A DNA stretch of 10,202 bases from Candidatus Eiseniibacteriota bacterium (GTDB lineage Bacteria > Eisenbacteria > RBG-16-71-46 > DASYSL01): NCBI GenBank assembly GCA_046598045.1, contig JBKJJJ010000179.1, forward strand, positions 1 to 10,202, written 5' to 3'. Under the pieces are notes generated by a model, which was not told the origin of the DNA, ran no database searches, and saw only the letters and a list, made by a program, of their open reading frames with translations. Every line of letters begins with the position of its first letter. Positions within the stretch are counted from its first letter, which is position 1. Below are positions 1 to 6,431 of this stretch, piece after piece. A program made the translations under genes and the position numbers.

Positions 1-1314
1 GGTGACCCGCGCGCGCGGCACCCATCCCAAGTGCACGTTCTTCACCCAGCGGCGGCGCACGATGTCGGTCGACGCGGGCGTCGAAGGATCGTCAGGGTAA
101 TTGTACGAGCGCAGGTCCACGCCCTGGCGAAACTCGTCGTAGTAACCCTTGCCCGGGAAGTAGAACAGCGCGCTCGACGCGGCCACGCGGTCCGACGCCT
201 TCCAATCGTGGAGCAGCTCGTAGTGCGGCTCGAAGAAGTGGTCGCGCTCGTTGCGGAACGTGATCGGGTTGAACCTACGGTCGACCTTGGCGTCGCCGGT
301 GATCGTGCCGTCGAGGTAGTCCCGGGTTACGCCGAGGTACGCGAGGTGCGTCTCCTCGGGCCCGCCGTAGAGGTTGAGCCGCGTGACGACCTTTTTGTCC
401 ACGCGCGCGATACCAACGAAGTACGACCACAGGTCGGACCACGACTGGTCGCGGTAGCCGTCGGTCAGGATGCGCGACAGCCGCGTCGAGAGCGCGTACT
501 TGCTTTCCAGCAGCCCCGAGCCCGCCTGCAGCGAGTAGCGCTGCGTGCCGAACGACCCCGCGCCCGCATCGAGTGTCAGGTAGCGGTCCTGCGAGAACGG
601 GATGGTCTCGACGTTGACCGAGCCGCCGAGCGACGTCGTGCCGTACGCGCTCGCGCCGACGCCGCGCTGCACCTGGATCTCCTGCGCGCTCGCCGCGAGA
701 TCGGGGTGATCGATCCAGTACACCTCGCGCGACTCGGGGTCGTTGAGCGGGATGCCGTTGATCGTCACGCCGATCCGACGCGACGCAAAGCCGCGGATCT
801 TGAGATACGAGTACCCGATCCCGTTGCCCGCGTCGGAGTACGAGTACGCGCCCGGTGTCTCGGCGAGCAGCATCGGCAGGTCCTGCCCGAAGTAATCGCG
901 CTGGATGTCCGCGCGATCGAGCGTGCTGAACGCGGTGGGGGAGCGGCCTTCGTGGGCGAGGTGGGAGTTGACCTCGGCGCCTTCGATGGGGATCGCGACC
1001 GCCTTGAGCCGCAACACGAGCTCCGCGCCTTCGGCCGAGGGTGCTTCGGCGGCGGCGTAGCCGATGATCTCGGCGCGCAAGGTTGCTGCGCCCGAAGCAA
1101 CGAGCGTGAAGCTGCCGTCGGCGGCGGTGATCGCGCCGACGCGGGTGCCGAGCACGCGCACGGAGGCGCCGGCAAGCGGCTGTCCGGTCGTGGCGTCGAG
1201 GACGTGGCCGTGAAGCGGGACGGGATTCTGCGCGACCGCCGGCCGCGCGAGGACGATCACGCACGCCACGCCGACCCCGGCGAGCGCGCGCACAAAAGTA
1301 CGAATGTTCATCAT
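1..1314 (-). CDS. TonB-dependent outer-membrane receptor, probable thiamine transporter (N-terminal 438 aa; 3' end outside window)
   Basis: Hand translation from ATG at 1314 (or 1311) stays open to position 1. It begins with a signal peptide MMNIRTFVRALAGVGVACVIVLARPAVA-Q, then a carboxypeptidase-regulatory-like domain (GHVLDATTGQPLAGASV...AADGSFTL). Plug motifs follow (GQDLPMLLAETPG, DAGNGIGYSYLKIRGF, INGIPLNDPE, IQVQRGVGASAYG, GGSVNVET), then barrel strands. Substrate is inferred from the upstream TPP riboswitch. Confidence 0.93.
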   Translation of the reverse strand, partial: MMNIRTFVRALAGVGVACVIVLARPAVAQNPVPLHGHVLDATTGQPLAGASVRVLGTRVGAITAADGSFTLVASGAATLRAEIIGYAAAEAPSAEGAELVLRLKAVAIPIEGAEVNSHLAHEGRSPTAFSTLDRADIQRDYFGQDLPMLLAETPGAYSYSDAGNGIGYSYLKIRGFASRRIGVTINGIPLNDPESREVYWIDHPDLAASAQEIQVQRGVGASAYGTTSLGGSVNVETIPFSQDRYLTLDAGAGSFGTQRYSLQAGSGLLESKYALSTRLSRILTDGYRDQSWSDLWSYFVGIARVDKKVVTRLNLYGGPEETHLAYLGVTRDYLDGTITGDAKVDRRFNPITFRNERDHFFEPHYELLHDWKASDRVAASSALFYFPGKGYYDEFRQGVDLRSYNYPDDPSTPASTDIVRRRWVKNVHLGWVPRARVT

Positions 1315-1387
1315 TGGAGCAATCCACTGCGCTCGTCGCGGATCTCGGGGGATGGCAGCGCGGTCAGGTCGCTGCCGGCCGGGAGGC

Positions 1388-1427
1388 AACAAAACGGCCA
1401 CGCCCCCGAGGAACCGTGGGTGTGGCC
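1388..1427 (-). terminator. Intrinsic terminator-like hairpin in the riboswitch expression platform
   Basis: The minus strand reads GGCCACACCC-ACGGTTCCTCGG-GGGCGTGGCC, a 10-position stem with one A-C mismatch, followed by GTTTTGTT. It lies between the aptamer and the start codon. Confidence 0.7.
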
Positions 1428-1448
1428 CAGACAAGAGCGCTCTGAGGC

Positions 1449-1550
1449 CCGCCTCCCTACGCCGGTCCGAACCGGTTCAGGTTCCTAGGGTATGATCTCA
1501 GGCCCCTCTCATGCCGCGACTTGCGCCGCGCGCGGGGCCACCCCTGACGG
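1449..1550 (-). ncRNA. TPP (thi-box) riboswitch aptamer
   Basis: The minus strand reads CCGTC-AGGGGTG-GCCCC...GGGGC-CTGAGA-TCAT-ACCC-TAG-GAACCTGA-ACCGG-TTCGGA-CCGGC-GTAGGGA-GGCGG. It carries the hallmark GGGGTG, CTGAGA, ACCC, GAACCTGA and GCGTAGGGA motifs. P1 is CCGUC/GGCGG, and P3 is extended by a GCGGC-GCAA-GUCGC GNRA hairpin. Confidence 0.96.
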
Positions 1551-1558
1551 ATGCGCGG

Positions 1559-1587
1559 ACTTTAGGTGTACACTCCAGCCGAGTCAA
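1559..1587 (-). promoter_or_regulatory. sigma70-type promoter for the riboswitch/receptor transcript
   Basis: TTGACT (1587-1582), 17-nt spacer, TAAAGT (1564-1559). The implied start at about 1552 falls immediately before aptamer P1. Confidence 0.8.
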
Positions 1588-1640
1588 GGAGCGCGGCTCA
1601 TCCGCCAGGACCGGGCGGGGCTGCGCCGGAGGCAGCATCC

Positions 1641-2972
1641 ATGAATCCTCGGTCATCCACGGTCCGGCGCAGGGCGCCCTCCCGTTTCACCATCCCGCTC
1701 TTCGCGTTCCTCGCATCCATTCTTGGCGCGGGGTGTGGGTCCGACGGCAGCCGGGTGTTCCAGCCCGATCCGTACGCGGGCAACACCATCGGTGTGCTCT
1801 ACGCGTTCGCGGGCCCGACTTCGGTCCTCGTCCATTGGTCCACCAGGTATGACGTCCCGTTTGATGGTGTCTCGCGCCATGAGCCGTCGCGGTTCGTGCC
1901 GGTCAAGAGCCGACTGCTCATGTCGCTGACCGGGCCCGATGCCGGCTTTCGAATCGTTGCGGAACATGGGGGTGTCGGCGTGGACTCCCTGACCGCCAAC
2001 GGGCTCACCAACGATCGCTCGTACTGGTTCCGATCGGCGACGTACAACACATTTGGTGTCGAGATTGCCCGATCGAACCCGATCGAGAGCCAACCTGGGG
2101 CGCCGGACGTTGTGATTGAGAACTTCGGTTCCCTGCCGAAGGAATACGACGAGCCCCAGCCCTACTTCGCGTGGTCGCCGCAGGGAGACGCGATCGTCTA
2201 TGTCCAATCTGGGGACGGGGACTTCGCGGGAAACCTGTTTCTCCACCACTTCGACGGCACGGCGGACGAGCCCGTAACGAGATTTGCGCCCGACGGGCAT
2301 GTCCTGCTCAGCGTGGATTGGGCGCCGGATTCCGACCGGATCGCATTCGTCTACAGCCCCGGCAGGACGTGGGAGGATTCCGATTACCGCATCTGGGCAA
2401 CCGATGCGAGCGGGGCGGAGTCCACCTCTCTCACGAGCGGGGAAGGCGTGTCGGACCCCGCCTGGGGCCCGGCGGGTGCGCTGTACTTCCTTCGAGGCGT
2501 GGGCGGGGAGCCGACGGTCATTCAGGTGGAGGGAACGCAGTATGGCGACTCCACTGCGCACCGCACGATCCTCAGCACCACGGGCTACAAGCATGGAATG
2601 AACGTGCATCCCGATGGAGAAAGCATCGTGTATTCCGCGGAAGATCGGGGTGGGCTGAATCGTTCCCTTTTCGTGCTCGATCTGTCGACGCTGGAGACCC
2701 GGCGCTTGATGCCGGCAGAGCCCTGGGATGACGTCTCGCCCTGCTATGCAAGAGACGGGAGAAGTGTCGTCTTTTGTTCGCGGCGTTCGGGCACGTACCA
2801 GGTGTGGCGCTACGAACTGGCGAGCGGGCGACTGAGGCAACTCACGCGCACACGATTCGCAATCCCGGGGCCAACGACGGTGCGCGAATCTCCGGATGGC
2901 CGCCGACTGGCGATCCTGCAGACCGACCCGTATCAGAACCACAGCTTCGTGCAAATTCTCGAGTTGAACTAG
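1641..2972 (+). CDS. Lipoprotein with an Fn3-like N-terminal domain and a TolB-like PD40 six-bladed beta-propeller (443 aa)
   Basis: GGAGG at 1628-1632 precedes ATG 1641. A basic N-terminus and hydrophobic stretch end in LGAG-C32 (lipobox-like). An Fn3-like GLTNDRSYWFR motif is present. Six blade motifs: WSPQGDAIVY, WAPDSDRIAF, PAWGPAG, HPDGESIVYS, YARDGRSVVF, SPDGRRLA. The ORF-track start at 1566 overlaps the divergent promoter and is unlikely. Confidence 0.85.
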   Translation: MNPRSSTVRRRAPSRFTIPLFAFLASILGAGCGSDGSRVFQPDPYAGNTIGVLYAFAGPTSVLVHWSTRYDVPFDGVSRHEPSRFVPVKSRLLMSLTGPDAGFRIVAEHGGVGVDSLTANGLTNDRSYWFRSATYNTFGVEIARSNPIESQPGAPDVVIENFGSLPKEYDEPQPYFAWSPQGDAIVYVQSGDGDFAGNLFLHHFDGTADEPVTRFAPDGHVLLSVDWAPDSDRIAFVYSPGRTWEDSDYRIWATDASGAESTSLTSGEGVSDPAWGPAGALYFLRGVGGEPTVIQVEGTQYGDSTAHRTILSTTGYKHGMNVHPDGESIVYSAEDRGGLNRSLFVLDLSTLETRRLMPAEPWDDVSPCYARDGRSVVFCSRRSGTYQVWRYELASGRLRQLTRTRFAIPGPTTVRESPDGRRLAILQTDPYQNHSFVQILELN

Positions 2973-3139
2973 CGATCTCGCAACTCGCCAAACCGCCCCA
3001 TGTTCAATGTGCGATCACCTGCCGCCGCGGGATCCGGTCGGGGGATGGGCCGGGTCCCGCTCGACGCGCGGGCGGGCGGTTATGCCGGTTTACCCGCGCC
3101 CACGCGGCGGGTTCCGGCAGGACGTCGAGTTGACGCCGC

Positions 3140-3889
3140 TCAGGGCGCCATCAGCCGGCGCCACTCTTCGAGCGTCGGGATCCGCAGGTACGGGTTGCGC
3201 GCCTTCTCGCCGGCGAGCGTCGAGGTCGGCGTCGCGCCGTAGTCGTGGCCGGGGTAGAGCACGGCGCCCTCGGGCAGCTTCGAGAGGCGCTGGGTGAGCG
3301 TGCGGTACATCTCGTCGGGGTCGGAGCCGGGGAGATCCACGCGGCCGCAGGCTCCGACGAACAGCGTGTCGCCGCTCACCAGCGCGGGCGCCAGGGCACT
3401 GCCGGGAGCGCCGGGCTTGAGCGTGGCGTCGCTCACGAGAAAGCACTCGCTCCCGGGCGTGTGCCCCGGCGTGTGCACGAAGTCGATCTTCACCGAGCCG
3501 AGCGTGAGCGTGTCGCCGCCCTGGTGCTGGACGAGGTCGGTCTCGGGCACGCCAGTGACCTGCGCCACGCCCTCCGCCTCGGCCGCGTGGACGTGGATGC
3601 GGGCGTCGGGCCGGAGCGCGGCGAGGCGCGCGAGCCCCTCGATCGACAGCCCCCAGATCTCGCCGCCCACGTGGTCGGGGTGGTAGTGGGTGACGAGCGC
3701 GCCGGTGAGCGTGTAGCCTTCCTTTTCGACACGCTCGACCAGCCCGTCAACGTCCCAGGCCGGGTCCACGAGCACGGCCTGCCGCGTGAGGTCGTCGGCG
3801 ACCAGGTAGACGAAGTTGATCATCTGCGCCGCAGCCCGGTCGTTGCGCGCGAAGTCGCGTCCGGCGAGGAGTTGTTCGATCACGAGCAT
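3140..3889 (-). CDS. MBL-fold metallo-hydrolase, glyoxalase II (hydroxyacylglutathione hydrolase)-like (249 aa)
   Basis: Motifs THYHPDH (HxHxDH), HTPGHTPGS, GDTLFVGACGR and PGHDY, plus C-terminal EKARNPYL. Start placed at the ATG of MLVIEQ; the 19 upstream codons in the ORF track do not look like part of the domain. Confidence 0.92.
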   Translation of the reverse strand: MLVIEQLLAGRDFARNDRAAAQMINFVYLVADDLTRQAVLVDPAWDVDGLVERVEKEGYTLTGALVTHYHPDHVGGEIWGLSIEGLARLAALRPDARIHVHAAEAEGVAQVTGVPETDLVQHQGGDTLTLGSVKIDFVHTPGHTPGSECFLVSDATLKPGAPGSALAPALVSGDTLFVGACGRVDLPGSDPDEMYRTLTQRLSKLPEGAVLYPGHDYGATPTSTLAGEKARNPYLRIPTLEEWRRLMAP

Positions 3890-3895
3890 GGAATG

Positions 3896-3904
3896 ACGGT
3901 AGCA
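3896..3904 (-). promoter_or_regulatory. Extended -10 element; probable leaderless promoter of the MBL gene
   Basis: The minus strand reads TG-C-TACCGT-CATTCC-ATG, a TGn-TAnnnT motif 6 nt before the start codon. There is no SD and no well-spaced -35. Confidence 0.5.
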
Positions 3905-4003
3905 CAGGCGCCACAGGGACTCAGCAAGTCCGACGCAACTCTCCAAAGGAAATAGATCAGTCCAAGGCGTTTAACAGCTTGTAGATCGTGTGGAGGGTCA
4001 ACC

Positions 4004-4882
4004 GTGCGCCGAAGGTACTTTGCGGCAACGGTTATTGCGGCACTTCTCGCCGCAGCAATCTTGCTCAACTCGAATTGGCTCCTGGCACTTGCGCTTGTCC
4101 GACACTCCACGATCACTGGAACGATCACGGAGCCGGATCACCGCACCCCCGTGCGCGGCGCGATCGTAATCGTGGATGCGATCAGCTGGGGCCTCCGCGG
4201 CCAAAAGCTCATTTGGGACGCGCGGGATGCCGACTCCACGCGCACCGATTCCCGGGGCCGTTTTCGGCTGCGATACAAGAGCGACGGATACGCTCGACTG
4301 ACGGTCATCGCCGAAGGGCACGCTGCCTGCTGGGTCCCACTTCGCGGGGAATTTACTGCCCGGGCCATTGAGCTCGACTTGCCGTCAATTGACGCCGACG
4401 CAAGGGAAGTGATCGGCAGGAATCTTCCCATCCACCTCCGCGCGGCAGCCCCAGTACATGCATCTTGGGATCTTCTGGGCGGGATGGCGGACAAGGAGCA
4501 TGATGGCGAGAGCGAAAGGGATCTCACGATCGCGTATCCCTGCGGACCGGATTCCCTTCTGGTTCTGACTGCATTTGGGCAAGGCGGGGTTGCTTTCAAC
4601 CCGGCAAGAGAATCTGATTCCTCTCCCGATCTGGGGTGTATGAGTTGCCTTGCTCCGGATGATGGTTACAAGATGACGATCCGCATGCGGCCCCAGGATG
4701 CACATGGACTCTGCTTCATCAGGACGCGAGATGGTCGCCACTATGCGCGGGCCGAGCTTCCGCTCGACCGAATGGAGGACCTGCGAGTCTCGGGCGATGC
4801 GGAGGGCGTGCGCTTCTGTCGCGTCTGGATGAACCGTTCCGGAGGATTGACCGTTTGTTCCGAGCGCCCTGTTTACCAATGA
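4004..4882 (+). CDS. Exported or membrane-anchored hypothetical protein with a carboxypeptidase-regulatory-like domain (292 aa)
   Basis: GGAGG at 3992-3996 precedes GTG 4004. MRRR is followed by a long hydrophobic segment, then the prealbumin-like fold pattern ITGTITEPDHRTPVRGAIV...TRTDSRGRFRL...LTVIAEGH. The ORF fills the gap between recognisable genes. Confidence 0.75.
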   Translation: MRRRYFAATVIAALLAAAILLNSNWLLALALVRHSTITGTITEPDHRTPVRGAIVIVDAISWGLRGQKLIWDARDADSTRTDSRGRFRLRYKSDGYARLTVIAEGHAACWVPLRGEFTARAIELDLPSIDADAREVIGRNLPIHLRAAAPVHASWDLLGGMADKEHDGESERDLTIAYPCGPDSLLVLTAFGQGGVAFNPARESDSSPDLGCMSCLAPDDGYKMTIRMRPQDAHGLCFIRTRDGRHYARAELPLDRMEDLRVSGDAEGVRFCRVWMNRSGGLTVCSERPVYQ

Positions 4883-4912
4883 GTCAGATGCCAATGGAAG
4901 TGGGATACCAAG

Positions 4913-5617
4913 TTGCGAAGTCCTGAAATCACCATCACCGACGAAGACCGCACCCGCTGGACGCTCCTCGGCGCGGGCGCCGAGCCGCGCGTGCTGGTCG
5001 TGCTCGCGGGCGCCGGCTTCGACCACGAACGGCTGCGCGCCGAGGCCGCGCGCTGCGTCGCGCTGGTCGCGGCCGACGCGGGCGCGGCGCTCTGCCTTGC
5101 GGCCGGGCTGATGCCCGACGCGGTGGTCGGCGACTTCGACTCGCTCCCGGCCGACGCGCGGGCCCGCATCGCGACGGAGCGGTTGCACGTGAGCGACGAC
5201 CCCGAGACCAACGACCTCGAAAAGGCGCTCGCGTTCGCCGCCAAAGGTTGGGGCGCGGAAACCGAGGTCGTGCTCGCGGCCGGCGGCGGCGTGGACGGCG
5301 GGCGGATGGACCACGCGCTGGCGAACCTCGGCCCGCTCGTACTCGAGCCGCACGCGCGCATCTCGATGCTCGATGGCGAGGGCCGACTGATCGCGCTGAG
5401 GCGCGGGAGCGTGACGATCGACGGGCTCAAGGGGAAGCGGCTGTCGCTCCTGCCGTGGTCGCTGCGCGGCGTGACCGCGAGCGAGTCGGGCGTGCGCTAC
5501 CCGCTCTCGCACGCGCACCTCGCCCTTGGCGGCCGCGGCGTGAGCAACGAGATCACCGCCGACCGCGCCGTGGTCGAGGTGCCCGACGGCGTCGCGCTGG
5601 TCTGGATCGAGGCGTGA
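4913..5617 (+). CDS. thiN: Thiamine diphosphokinase (thiamine pyrophosphokinase)
   Basis: Motifs VAADAGA, PDAVVGDFDS, ETNDLEKAL, GGRMDHALANL, LSLLP, GVRYPL and GVSNEI. The TTG start is uncertain. Confidence 0.93.
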   Translation: MRSPEITITDEDRTRWTLLGAGAEPRVLVVLAGAGFDHERLRAEAARCVALVAADAGAALCLAAGLMPDAVVGDFDSLPADARARIATERLHVSDDPETNDLEKALAFAAKGWGAETEVVLAAGGGVDGGRMDHALANLGPLVLEPHARISMLDGEGRLIALRRGSVTIDGLKGKRLSLLPWSLRGVTASESGVRYPLSHAHLALGGRGVSNEITADRAVVEVPDGVALVWIEA

Positions 5618-6423
5618 CGCTCGATCCAACGCTCGCACGCAGCTGGCCCGTCGTCGCCGTCGCCCTGGCGGCAGCCGTCGTCTACCCGCTGATCGGCTTG
5701 AGGCGCTACCGCCGCATCGAGCACATGCCCGAGCCGCTGCCTTCGCGCCTCAGGCTGCGCATCTATTGGAACGTCCTCGGCTCGCAATGGTCCTTGGTCG
5801 GGCTCGCCGCGCTCGCGCTCGCCGCGGGCGGGCGCTCGTTTGCGGACTTCGGGCAGTCGTTCGGACGCTCGCCTGGAGTGACGCTTGCCGTGGGCGCGAG
5901 CCTGCTGGTGGCGTTCGGCGTGCTGTCGATCTTCACCGTGCGGCAGCTCCGGAAGGCCGGCGCGTCGGACCTGCCGGACCATATGCGGCGCGCGGGCAAG
6001 ATCCTCCCGCGCAATGGCGCCGAGCGGGCGTGGTTCGTGGGCGTCGCGATCACGGCGGGGGTGTGCGAGGAGATCCTCTATCGCGGTTTCCTGCCGTGGT
6101 GCGTCGCGAGCTGGACCGGCTCGGTGCTGCTCGGCTTTGCGCTGGCAGCGATCGTGTTCGGGCTCGGACATGCGTACCAGGGCCGCAAGGGCGTAATCGT
6201 CACGGGTTTGCTCGGGCTGTACTTCGGATTGCTCGCGTGGAGCATGCAGAGCCTCGTGCCGGGACAGTTGCTGCACGTCGCGATCGACCTCGTGAACGGG
6301 CTCGCAGTCGGCGGCGCGCTCGCGCGCATCCAGGCGGCACCCGCGCCCGAAGCGACTCAAGACGCCGCCCCGCAAGACACCGCCCCGGGTGACGTTGACG
6401 CCTCCGCCGCACCCCGCGCATAA
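5614..6423 (+). CDS. CPBP (CAAX protease/Abi) family intramembrane glutamic endopeptidase (269 aa)
   Basis: EEILYRG (EExxxR), FGLGH (FxxxH) and HVAID (third motif) with multiple TM helices. The GTG start overlaps the thiN stop (GTGA, 5614-5617). Confidence 0.9.
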   Translation: MTLDPTLARSWPVVAVALAAAVVYPLIGLRRYRRIEHMPEPLPSRLRLRIYWNVLGSQWSLVGLAALALAAGGRSFADFGQSFGRSPGVTLAVGASLLVAFGVLSIFTVRQLRKAGASDLPDHMRRAGKILPRNGAERAWFVGVAITAGVCEEILYRGFLPWCVASWTGSVLLGFALAAIVFGLGHAYQGRKGVIVTGLLGLYFGLLAWSMQSLVPGQLLHVAIDLVNGLAVGGALARIQAAPAPEATQDAAPQDTAPGDVDASAAPRA

Positions 6424-6424
6424 T
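6395..6424 (+). promoter_or_regulatory. sigma70-type promoter for nadA, embedded in the 3' end of the CPBP gene
   Basis: TTGACG (6395-6400), 18-nt spacer, CATAAT (6419-6424), then 7 nt to ATG 6432. No SD. Confidence 0.65.
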
Positions 6425-6431
6425 CCCGGGC

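Noticed and set aside
31..1488. 485-aa plus-strand ORF (also 275..1327 minus)
   Set aside because: Antisense or off-frame shadows of the TonB receptor; Arg-rich, no motifs, and the long one runs through the riboswitch.
1641..2972. Calling this gene tolB, or reading its RRR as a Tat signal
   Set aside because: It lacks the TolB N-domain and tol-pal context, and VRRRAPS does not match S/T-R-R-x-F-L.
2987..3085. Integron attC-like site (GCCAAAC...GTTATGC, with GTTCAA nearby)
   Set aside because: R'' does not fit RYYYAAC, the spacing to the putative L'' is 8 nt rather than about 5, there is no matching L' box, and there is no second attC or integrase.
3018..3129. HDV-like ribozyme (helix order on the minus strand resembles P1-P2-P3-P1'-P4-P2')
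   Set aside because: The P3/L3 region is far too long, and the G+1, P1.1 and catalytic-C J4/2 features are absent.
5248..5613. N-terminal extensions in the ORF track (CPBP from 5248; also 1566, 3946 and 7596 starts)
   Set aside because: They overlap thiN or promoter DNA; downstream starts have better SD, coupling or promoter support.
6380..6431. NAD+-I (nadA motif) riboswitch upstream of nadA
   Set aside because: There are only 8 intergenic nt and the promoter abuts the ATG, leaving no room for an aptamer.
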